Positions 33,467 through 41,690 of a stretch of DNA of 64,000 nucleotides are shown here, one piece after another. The DNA lies in contig CAIOVE010000065.1 in assembly GCA_903861645.1 (NCBI GenBank), positions 138 through 64,137 on the forward strand. Reading direction: 5' to 3'. The position numbers were made by a program, and so were the translations under genes. The stretch comes from an uncultured Hyphomicrobiales bacterium (GTDB lineage Bacteria; Pseudomonadota; Alphaproteobacteria; Rhizobiales; Beijerinckiaceae). The notes beneath the pieces were generated by a model, which worked only from the letters and a program-made list of their open reading frames with translations, had not been told where the DNA came from and searched no databases. Every line of letters starts with the position of its first letter. Within the stretch, counting starts at the first letter, position 1.

Positions 33467-35785
33467 TTATCGGGCTTGTTCGTCGAGCGCCTGTCTGACC
33501 TTCAACGCGAGATCGCGCCGCCGATAGGGCTTGCTCAGCAGCAGCACGCCGCGATCGAGCCTGCCATGATGAACAATGGCGTTCTCCGTGTAGCCGGACG
33601 TGAAAAGCACCCGCAGATCCGGACGTATCTCGCGGGACTTGTCGGCGAGTTGTCGCCCGTTCATGCCGCCGGGCATCACGACGTCCGTGAACAGAAGATC
33701 GATGTCGGGCTCCGATTTCAGTATCTGCAAGGCGTCGGCTCCGCCGCGGGCGCCTATCGTGCGGTAGCCAAGGCTGCCAAGCAGTTCCGACACGAACTCG
33801 CGCACGAGATCGTCGTCCTCGACGACCAGAATGCGTTCATTGCCATCCGGCGGCGCGGATGTCTCGGCTTCCTCGATTTCCGCGTGCGCGCCATCCGGCG
33901 CCCGCGGCAAATAGAGCTTCACGGTCGTGCCGTGACCGGGTTCGGAATAGATGTTGATGTGTCCGGAGGACTGCTTGATGAACCCATAGACCATGCTGAG
34001 GCCGAGGCCACTGCCCTTGCCGACTTCCTTGGTGGTGTAAAAAGGCTCGAACGCCCGCGCGATGATCTTCTCGCTCATGCCCTCGCCGGTGTCGGAAATC
34101 GACACCAGCACATATTGCCCGGGCGTCACCTCGTCGTGCGCGCGCGCATAGGCCGTGTCCAGCGCCGTGTTGGCGGTCTCGATCGTCAATCGACCGCCGC
34201 CGGGCATCGCGTCGCGCGCGTTGATGGCGAGGTTCAGAATGGCTGATTCGAGTTGACCGGGATCGATCACGGCTTGCCAGAGGCCCGCCCTGCCGACGAT
34301 CTCGATCTCGATATCCTCGCTCAGGGTCCGGCGCAGAAGTCCATCCATGCCCGCGATGAGCTTGTCGACCTGAATGGCGCGCGGCTCGAGGGGTTGCCGA
34401 CGCGCGAAGGCAAGCAAGCGCTTGGTCAGTTCGGCGCCGCGGTCGGCCGCCGTCTCGATCATCTGCGCCAGAACGCGCAACTGCTTATCATCGGACAAGC
34501 GACCGACGAGGGCCTCGGCATTGCCGATGATGACGGTCAGCAGATTGTTGAAGTCATGCGCCACGCCGCCGGTCAACTGCCCCACCGCCTCCAGCTTTTG
34601 CGATTGCCGGAGCTGCGCGTCGAGTTCGCGGCGCGTGGTGACGTCCTGAATGCTGCCGAAAACGCGGATCGCCCGGCCCGCCTCGTCGCGCACGACCGCG
34701 CCGCGCACGGCGACCGTGGCGACGCTTTCGTCGGCGCGGATAAAGCGATACTCGTTTTCCCACGACGAGATATCGCCATTGAACAGCGGAATATGGCTTT
34801 GATCTGCGAGCGCGCGGTCGTCTGGATGAACATGGCTCATCCATGCATCGGGGCCGCGCGCGAAGTCGGCGGGCTCATAGCCAAACATGCGCTTGAGGCC
34901 GTCGTTCCACCAGACGTTTCCGGATTTGAGATCCCAGTCCCAGATGGCGTCGTTCGTCGCCTGCGCGATCAGTTGAAAGCGCTCGGCCGAGGCCTTTGCG
35001 TCGGCTTCCGCCATCTTTCGCGCGGTGATGTCCTCGGAAAAGATGACAATGCCGCCGATGCCGTCGCGCGGGTGATGCCAGGGACGGACCTCGCGCCGGA
35101 ACCATTGAATGGCCCCGTCCGCGCGGCGCAGTTCCTCGTCGTCCGACTGGACAACCTCGCCGGCCAGCGCGCGCGTGTTGATGTCTTTCCAGCGTTCGGG
35201 AATGTCCGGAAAGACATTGTAATGCGGCAGGCCGATGATGTCGGCGGGCAGGCGGTATTCGTTGCGCCAGCGCGCGCTGGCGGCGAGATAGCGCATGTCC
35301 AGATCGAACATGGCGATCGCGGCGGGCGCCTGATCGACGAAAACCATCAGGCCAGCCTCGCTTTGCCTGACCGCCTCGGCGTTGGCGATCTGCACGCGCG
35401 CCTGTCGCAGCAGATCGGCCATCGCCACGATGATCGCGCAACTGAGCATGAAGGCCAGAAGGCCCAGCACGTCGGCGGATTGGGCGATGGGCGCGATGAA
35501 AAGATGCGCGAGCAGGCCGCAGAGAACCATGGCCAGCAGGCCGCCGGAAAATCCGCCGATCAACGCCGACGCGGCGACCGCCGGAAAAAACGTGACGTAA
35601 ACCAGCCGACCCTCGAGCGCGCCAAGGAACGCGGCGCGCAGCGCGACGGCAAGCGCGCAAGCGACCAGGGCGATGCCCAGTCGCCAGGCGAGCGGCCAGG
35701 AATCCATGGCCCCCAGATGCGCGAGAACACGACTGGGGGCGCGCGCGTGTCCCGATCGCGCCTGCGAAGTTGGCATTTCCGTCAT
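33467..35785 (-). CDS. Hybrid sensor histidine kinase (TM-PAS-PAS-HK-REC)
   Basis: AHDFNNLL H-box, NARDAM, DTGEG, GSGLGL, REC FTDVVMPGG; start uncertain (35707-35842). Confidence 0.92.
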   Translation of the reverse strand: MTEMPTSQARSGHARAPSRVLAHLGAMDSWPLAWRLGIALVACALAVALRAAFLGALEGRLVYVTFFPAVAASALIGGFSGGLLAMVLCGLLAHLFIAPIAQSADVLGLLAFMLSCAIIVAMADLLRQARVQIANAEAVRQSEAGLMVFVDQAPAAIAMFDLDMRYLAASARWRNEYRLPADIIGLPHYNVFPDIPERWKDINTRALAGEVVQSDDEELRRADGAIQWFRREVRPWHHPRDGIGGIVIFSEDITARKMAEADAKASAERFQLIAQATNDAIWDWDLKSGNVWWNDGLKRMFGYEPADFARGPDAWMSHVHPDDRALADQSHIPLFNGDISSWENEYRFIRADESVATVAVRGAVVRDEAGRAIRVFGSIQDVTTRRELDAQLRQSQKLEAVGQLTGGVAHDFNNLLTVIIGNAEALVGRLSDDKQLRVLAQMIETAADRGAELTKRLLAFARRQPLEPRAIQVDKLIAGMDGLLRRTLSEDIEIEIVGRAGLWQAVIDPGQLESAILNLAINARDAMPGGGRLTIETANTALDTAYARAHDEVTPGQYVLVSISDTGEGMSEKIIARAFEPFYTTKEVGKGSGLGLSMVYGFIKQSSGHINIYSEPGHGTTVKLYLPRAPDGAHAEIEEAETSAPPDGNERILVVEDDDLVREFVSELLGSLGYRTIGARGGADALQILKSEPDIDLLFTDVVMPGGMNGRQLADKSREIRPDLRVLFTSGYTENAIVHHGRLDRGVLLLSKPYRRRDLALKVRQALDEQAR

Positions 35786-35967
35786 GCGCGTCACCGCCAT
35801 CGCCCGTTTCTTCAGCCGGCCTCGGCTGCTATTGTGGTTCATGAACGCCGGCTCGGACGGGTGAAGATACTAGTCTTGCTGGCGCGCCGCACAAGGCGAA
35901 CTAAAGATGCAAGCAACGGTCGACGGGCGCCGCCCGCCGGCCACGATCACGAACGACGGAGCACGGC

Positions 35968-36579
35968 ATGAGCAACGCGTCGCCCAACGATCGTCCGGAG
36001 ACCTATTCCGCCGCCTCCAAGTGGCTGCACTGGCTCATCGCCGGTCTTGTGCTCGTCGCCCTGCCCATGGGCGTCATTCTCGACAAATTGCCGGAAGGGC
36101 CCTTGCAGGATCGGCTTTTCGACCTGCATCGGTCGCTCGGCGTGCTCGTTCTGGCGCTGGCCGTCTTGCGCGTCGCCGCGCGCTGGACATTTGGCGCGCC
36201 CGCGCCGGCGGCGAGCCTGACGCCTTTCGAGCGGGCCGCGTCCGCCGCCGCCCATCATTCCCTGCTGCTGTTGCTTTTCCTGCAACCCATCGTCGGCTGG
36301 CTGTCGATGGACGCCTACCGCGCCGATGTATCGGTCTTCGGCCTGTTCACATTGCCGCATCTGCTGCCGCAAGGCGACGCCGCCTACAAACTGTTGTCGG
36401 GCGCGCACACCGTTCTCGGCTATCTCATGGCGCTGATCCTCGTCGCGCATATCGGCGGCGGCTTGCTGCACGGCTTCGTCAAGCGCGACGGCGTGCTCAA
36501 CCGAATGTTGCCGGCCAACTGGGGACGATCTCTCGATCAGTCGGCGGGACCGGCGGGCAAGGCGAAAAGGTCCGAGTGA
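35968..36579 (+). CDS. Cytochrome b561 family protein
   Basis: KWLHWLIA, LHRSLG, AHHSL, AHIGGGLLH heme histidines. Confidence 0.9.
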   Translation: MSNASPNDRPETYSAASKWLHWLIAGLVLVALPMGVILDKLPEGPLQDRLFDLHRSLGVLVLALAVLRVAARWTFGAPAPAASLTPFERAASAAAHHSLLLLLFLQPIVGWLSMDAYRADVSVFGLFTLPHLLPQGDAAYKLLSGAHTVLGYLMALILVAHIGGGLLHGFVKRDGVLNRMLPANWGRSLDQSAGPAGKAKRSE

Positions 36580-37391
36580 CCGATCACGCAGGCCTCGGCG
36601 GCGCGTCTCGACGCGCGCCACGCCTCGACATCGTCCGGCGCGACCAGTCTTGTTTCCGCCACCGCCGCCGCCGCGCCATCGGCGAGCGCGGCGATAAGCC
36701 GGGCGTCATCCGTGCCAAGGCGCCACGGGCTTTCGCCCACATGCATGTCCCAGCCAAGCTCCTCGAAGGCGGCGCGCAGCAGCGTCGGCGCGTCGGGCCC
36801 GGCGGCGGGGCCAAACCCCTTGTCGCCGCCCTGATGCACGTGGAACGCCTCCAGCATGGCGGCGTCCGCCGCATGCGGCGGGGTCCAGCGCTCGACGCCG
36901 TTATAGGTGAGCGCGGCGTAAAGCGGCAGGTTGCGCAAGGCCAGCGCGCCGATAAAGCGATCAAGCCAGGGCGCGGAAACCAGATCGAACAGGGCGGCGG
37001 CCGTGACGAGATCGCAGCCCGCGTCGAGCAACGCCTCCATGTCGCTCGACAGGTCCGCGCAATGGAGGGCGACCTCGACGACCTTGCCGTCCTTTTCCAG
37101 CGTTACGCCGCCCCCTGCGTCGAGGCGATGCGCGTCGGCCCAACGGATCAGCGCCTCGCGGGCCGCGTCGAGCAGCGCGGCGTCGTTGTCGACCAATCGC
37201 CAGCGCTGCCGCGCGCCCAGACGCGGCGCCAGCGCCCGCAAATTCGAGCCGGACCCGCAACCGAGATCGACGATCTCCGGCAGCGCGAGGCGGGCCAAAT
37301 GCGCGACCACGCGCGTCAGGGTCGCCGGATCGCGGGCGCGATGGTCGGCTGGTTCGCGCAACGCCAGCCAGTCGGCGGAAAATCCGGTCAT
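36537..37391 (-). CDS. Class I SAM-dependent methyltransferase
   Basis: MTGFSADWLALREPAD, VDLGCGSGSN; ATG overlaps GT4 stop (ATGA). Confidence 0.85.
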   Translation of the reverse strand: MTGFSADWLALREPADHRARDPATLTRVVAHLARLALPEIVDLGCGSGSNLRALAPRLGARQRWRLVDNDAALLDAAREALIRWADAHRLDAGGGVTLEKDGKVVEVALHCADLSSDMEALLDAGCDLVTAAALFDLVSAPWLDRFIGALALRNLPLYAALTYNGVERWTPPHAADAAMLEAFHVHQGGDKGFGPAAGPDAPTLLRAAFEELGWDMHVGESPWRLGTDDARLIAALADGAAAAVAETRLVAPDDVEAWRASRRAAEACVIGHSDLFALPAGPAD

Positions 37392-38449
37392 TTCCGCTCC
37401 TTGGCGACCCGGTCGAGAACGCCGAGCACGGTGATGGCGCAATCCCGCCAGCGTGGCAGGGACTGTCCGGCCCGCCACGAATTCTCCGCCAGGCGCTGAC
37501 GCAACGGCTCCTCGGAAATGACCCGCGACAAAGCCTCGGCGAGGGCGGGGGCGTCGCCGGGCGGGACTTTCAGGCCGGCGGAATCCGGCACCGTGCGCGC
37601 CGCCGCCCCGCCCGTGGTCGCGACGATGGGCAGGCCGCGCGCCATGGCCTCGGAGAGGGCCATGCCATAGCCCTCGTAATGCGAGGACAGCGCGAAGACA
37701 TCGGCGCGGTCGTATTCGGCGGCGAGTTCTTCCGCGCTTTTTTCGCCGACCAGCGCCACCCGGTCGGCAAGACCGTTTTCGGCGATCTGGGCGCGCAGGG
37801 CGGCGACGGTGTCGGTCGCCCGATCCAGGGCGCCCACCAGCCGCAATCGCCAGTTCAGATCCTTCAGGTCGGCGAGCGCGCGCACCAGCACGTCGAACCC
37901 CTTGCGCGGCACGATGGCTCCGACGGCGAGCAGGACGATCGCCGGCCCGCCCGAGCCGCGCGCGCGCCGGGCCGCGTCGACGCCCGGTTCGGCGACGGTG
38001 ATCCTGGCCGCGGGGACCGCGAAATCCGCGGCTAGGGTCTCTCCCGTCGTTTCGCTGGTGACGATGACCGCGTCCACCCGCGCCAGCGCGGCGCGCTCTG
38101 TATTGACGAGTCTTTCGGCCGTCGCGGGATCAAGCCCGGCCTCCAGCCCCAGCGGGTGATGCACGAGCGCGACGATGGGGTTTTCGATGGTCGCCAGTCC
38201 CGCCGCCGGCAGGGCGCCGTGGGCAAGGCCGTCGATGAGCAACACCGTGTCCTTGTCGACCGCGCGCAACAGCGCGAGGGTCTCCTCGACGTCGCCGGGC
38301 GTGGGTAGCGGGAAAGAGCCCGGCAACCGCAGATAGTCCAACCGGGCGCCGAGCGCCTCCGCCTCGGCCATCACGCGCCGGTCGTAGCCATAACCGCCGG
38401 TCAGTGTCGAAAGATCGCCAGGAATGGCGAAGCAGGCGCGTGCATACAT
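37388..38449 (-). CDS. Glycosyltransferase family 4
   Basis: FAIPGDL..LTGGYGYD, PRKGFDVL, YEGYGMALSEAMARGLP. Confidence 0.92.
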   Translation of the reverse strand: MYARACFAIPGDLSTLTGGYGYDRRVMAEAEALGARLDYLRLPGSFPLPTPGDVEETLALLRAVDKDTVLLIDGLAHGALPAAGLATIENPIVALVHHPLGLEAGLDPATAERLVNTERAALARVDAVIVTSETTGETLAADFAVPAARITVAEPGVDAARRARGSGGPAIVLLAVGAIVPRKGFDVLVRALADLKDLNWRLRLVGALDRATDTVAALRAQIAENGLADRVALVGEKSAEELAAEYDRADVFALSSHYEGYGMALSEAMARGLPIVATTGGAAARTVPDSAGLKVPPGDAPALAEALSRVISEEPLRQRLAENSWRAGQSLPRWRDCAITVLGVLDRVAKERK

Positions 38450-38510
38450 GCGATGTGTCCCAAGCCCGCCCATCGGGTAACAGCGCGACCGCGCGCGATC
38501 AACCCGATCG

Positions 38511-38525
38511 GTTCATCGACCGTTC
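38511..38525. promoter_or_regulatory. Alphaproteobacterial LexA box candidate
   Basis: Exact GTTC-atcgacc-GTTC in intergenic DNA. Confidence 0.45.
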
Positions 38526-38545
38526 AGCCGGATCGGTCTAGCTTC

Positions 38546-38560
38546 TTAACAGGTCGTTAA
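38546..38560. promoter_or_regulatory. CtrA box
   Basis: Exact TTAA-caggtcg-TTAA ending 38 nt upstream of the ATG at 38598. Confidence 0.75.
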
Positions 38561-38597
38561 TCCGGGCGCGGGCGCGCCGCGATTGGAGGACAGTCCG

Positions 38598-39116
38598 ATG
38601 CGTTTGAAATCAGGCATGAAATCGATCGTTTTGGCGGTGGCGCTCTGCTTTTCGGCGGTCGCGCTGACAGGCGGCGACGCCGAGGCGAGGGCGCGCGGCG
38701 GCGGCGGTGGCGGTGGCGGAGCGCCCCGTGGCTTCGCCGCTCCACGCATGTCCGCTCCACGCATGTCCGCGCCGCGCTTCGTCGCGCCCCGCGCGATGGC
38801 GCCGCGTTACATGGCGCCGCGGATTGTCCGAGGCGGCGCGGGCGCCATTCGCGCGCCGGGCATGCGCTATGTCACCCCGCCTCGCTATGTCGCGCCCCGC
38901 GGGGCGGCGCCCAGATACGCCGTTGGCGCGGGCGCGGGACGCGCCTATCCGCGCTTCCTTGGCCATGCGCGGCGCCATTTCTGGCGCGGGCGGTGGCTCT
39001 GGGTCGGCGTGCCGCTGGCGGCCTACGCCTATGATCCCTGCTGGACGCGCGTGTGGACCGACTGGGGATGGGGCTGGTTCTACGCCTGCGGCTACGATCC
39101 CGATTACGGCTACTGA
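38598..39116 (+). CDS. Secreted Gly/Arg-rich protein with APRxx repeats and Trp/Tyr/Cys tail
   Basis: GGAGGA RBS, signal peptide ending AEA-R, poly-Gly, APRxx repeats, C-terminal CWTRVWTDWGWGWFYAC. Confidence 0.75.
   Translation: MRLKSGMKSIVLAVALCFSAVALTGGDAEARARGGGGGGGGAPRGFAAPRMSAPRMSAPRFVAPRAMAPRYMAPRIVRGGAGAIRAPGMRYVTPPRYVAPRGAAPRYAVGAGAGRAYPRFLGHARRHFWRGRWLWVGVPLAAYAYDPCWTRVWTDWGWGWFYACGYDPDYGY
38738..38827 (+). repeat. 15-bp tandem repeat encoding APRxx pentapeptides
   Basis: CGCTCCACGCATGTC twice exactly, followed by four degenerate copies. Confidence 0.85.
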
Positions 39117-39125
39117 GAGAGCCGC

Positions 39126-39530
39126 TCAGGCCGCCACGTCGCCCTCGTACCACGCGCGGGCGACGTGCGATTCGTGTAGGGTGACGCGGATTTTCGCGAC
39201 TCCCTCGCCGCCCGGTCCCAGCGCGCCGTTTCGCGCCGCCGCCGCCATGGCGTCGAAAATGTGCTTCGAAAGGAATTCGGTGGTCGTCTGCTTGCCCGCG
39301 AAGGCCTCGACGTCGTCGAGATTGCGATAGTTCAGCGGCCCCAGCACGCCCTTCAGCGCGTCATGCGCGCGCCCGATGTCGACCACGACGCCATCGGCGG
39401 TCAGTTCGTGGCGAAAGAACGCCACGTCAACGACGAATGTCGCGCCGTGCAACCGCTGCGCCGGCCCGAACAGCTCGCCCTTGAAACTATGGGCGATCAT
39501 GATGTGTTCACGCACTTCGATGGCGAACAT
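39126..39530 (-). CDS. QueD/6-pyruvoyl-tetrahydropterin synthase-like T-fold protein (divergent)
   Basis: [34 protein letters not shown]. Confidence 0.85.
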   Translation of the reverse strand: MFAIEVREHIMIAHSFKGELFGPAQRLHGATFVVDVAFFRHELTADGVVVDIGRAHDALKGVLGPLNYRNLDDVEAFAGKQTTTEFLSKHIFDAMAAAARNGALGPGGEGVAKIRVTLHESHVARAWYEGDVAA

Positions 39531-39673
39531 GGCGACCTCTTCATCCAAAGACGGGCGACCCGCATAGCATGGCGCCGCGTCGCGCCGATACCGCGGCGGG
39601 CTGGAATCCCGCGCTCCGATCGGCGATGATGGGGAAAGCGAACGCACAAGATCGTGACTTCGGGGGAAACGCA

Positions 39674-40651
39674 ATGAAGATCAATCGCCGCCAGTTTCAT
39701 GGCGTGGCGGCCGGCGTCGGCGCGCTGGCGCTGACGGGCGGCGCGGCGCGCGCGCAAAACTGGCCGGACCGGCCGATCCACCTCGTCGTGACATTTCCGC
39801 CCGGCGGCACCAACGACATCATCGCGCGGTTGATGGGCGATGAACTGTCGCGCCGTTTCGGCCAGCCCTTCATCATCGACAACAAGTTCGGCGGCGGCGG
39901 CAACATCGGCGCGGAGGGCGTGGTGCGCGCCGCGCCCGATGGCTACACCTTGTTGCAGGCGACCGCCGCCAACGCCACCAACGCGGCGCTCTATCCCAAC
40001 CTGCCCTTCAACTTCCAGCGCGATCTCGCGCCCGTGGCGGGCATCTACGGCCTGCCGCTGGTGCTCGTGACGCGCCCCAATTTCGTGGCGCAAACCATTC
40101 CCGAGCTGATCGCCTACGCCAGGGCCAACCCCGACAAGATCAGCCACGGGTCGGGCGGCGTCGGCAGCATTTCCCACATCTGCGCGGAAATGTTCAAGGC
40201 GATGAGCGGCATCCGCATGGTGCACGTGCCCTATCGCGGCAGCACGATCGAACTTGGCGATCTCGTCGCGGGGCGCATCGAAATGGCCTTCGACCCCCTG
40301 CCGAGTTCGCTCGACTATATTCGCGACGGTCGCCTGAAGGCGCTGGCGGTGACAACCCTCGCCCGGTCGGAAACCCTGCCGGATGTTCCCACGGTGGCGA
40401 GTTTCCTGCCGGGCTACGAGGCCAATGTATGGGTGGGCCTTTGCGCGCCCCGCGCCTTGCCGGCCGACCTCATCCAGCGGCTCAACACGGAAATCAACGC
40501 GGTGCTCGCCGATGCGGCGTTTCGCAAGCGGATGCTTGACCTCGGCGCCTCGCCGCTGCCATTGACCCCGGCCGCCTTCGGCAAGCTGATCGCCGACGAT
40601 ACGGAAAAATGGACGAAGGTCATCAACGCCGCCGGCATCAAGGCGGAATAG
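39674..40651 (+). CDS. Bug/TctC-family solute-binding protein
   Basis: Tat-like RRQF signal, [29 protein letters not shown]. Confidence 0.92.
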   Translation: MKINRRQFHGVAAGVGALALTGGAARAQNWPDRPIHLVVTFPPGGTNDIIARLMGDELSRRFGQPFIIDNKFGGGGNIGAEGVVRAAPDGYTLLQATAANATNAALYPNLPFNFQRDLAPVAGIYGLPLVLVTRPNFVAQTIPELIAYARANPDKISHGSGGVGSISHICAEMFKAMSGIRMVHVPYRGSTIELGDLVAGRIEMAFDPLPSSLDYIRDGRLKALAVTTLARSETLPDVPTVASFLPGYEANVWVGLCAPRALPADLIQRLNTEINAVLADAAFRKRMLDLGASPLPLTPAAFGKLIADDTEKWTKVINAAGIKAE

Positions 40652-40660
40652 CGCGGGCGA

Positions 40661-41659
40661 ATGGAGGGAAACGTGAGGTTTGCGATCGTCGCCGCGCTCG
40701 GGCTGAGCCTTTGGGGACCATGCGCCGGGGCCGCCGACAGGATTGTCGTCGGCACCGTGCCCAACATTGGCGATGGTCCGCTCATTTGCGCCATGGAGCG
40801 TGGCTATTTTCGCGCCGACGGCATCGAGATCGATCTGACGCCCTTTCGCACGGCGTCGGAGATGACGCCGATGATCGCCCGCGGCGACATCGCCCTCATG
40901 GGCGGTGGCGTCAGCGTGTCCTATTTCAACGGCGTCTCGCGCGGTCTGCCCCTGCGCTACTTCGTCAACCGCGCGAAGGCGCCCGTCTGGCATGGCCTGA
41001 TCACGCGCGCCGGTCTCGCCGACAAGGTGAAGACGGCGCGCGATCTCAAGGGTCTGAGCATCGCCACGACGGCGGCGGGCGGTCTGTCGGAATATGAACT
41101 TGGCAAGACGCTGGAATCCGTCGGCCTGTCGCTCGACGACGTGGAGACCAAGCATCTCGGCATGCCGGAATCGGTGATCGCCGTCGACAACGGCGCCGTC
41201 GACGCGGCCGTTTTCGTGCCGCCCTTCGACACGGCGGCGATCAAGGGCGGCGGGCGCCATTTGCTCTATGTCGACGAGGCGGTGAAGCCGCGCATGGAGG
41301 TCAGCGGCCTCATGTACAACACCGACTGGGCCGCGAAAAACGCCGGCCTGCTCGACCGCTTCACAAGGGCCTACATTCGTGGCGCGCGCTGTTATCTCGA
41401 AGCCGCGCGCAACGGCGCCAACCGCGACGAGGTCGTCGATTATTTCGTCAAATATTCCCCGGTGAAGGACCGCGCGATCTTCGCGTCCATGCGCTGGTCG
41501 GAAATCGATCCGGATGGGCGCGTCGCCGTGGATTCGCTTCTCGACCAGCAGGATTTTTACAAGCGCCGGGGTTACCTCGGCGCGTCCTCGCCCATCGACG
41601 CGCTCGTCGACACGAATGTCGTCGAGCGCGCGCTCGCGCGTCTCGCGAGTGGCAAATAG
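40661..41659 (+). CDS. NitT/TauT/SsuA-type ABC solute-binding protein
   Basis: Signal peptide, GYFRADGIEI, DLKGLSI, GAVDAA, FTRAYIRG. Confidence 0.85.
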   Translation: MEGNVRFAIVAALGLSLWGPCAGAADRIVVGTVPNIGDGPLICAMERGYFRADGIEIDLTPFRTASEMTPMIARGDIALMGGGVSVSYFNGVSRGLPLRYFVNRAKAPVWHGLITRAGLADKVKTARDLKGLSIATTAAGGLSEYELGKTLESVGLSLDDVETKHLGMPESVIAVDNGAVDAAVFVPPFDTAAIKGGGRHLLYVDEAVKPRMEVSGLMYNTDWAAKNAGLLDRFTRAYIRGARCYLEAARNGANRDEVVDYFVKYSPVKDRAIFASMRWSEIDPDGRVAVDSLLDQQDFYKRRGYLGASSPIDALVDTNVVERALARLASGK

Positions 41660-41690
41660 CGACGGCCTGGAGCCGTCGCCATCGCCGGAT

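Noticed and set aside
38738-38827. Short tandem repeats as a possible CRISPR array
   Set aside because: 15-bp in-frame units with no spacers and no cas genes
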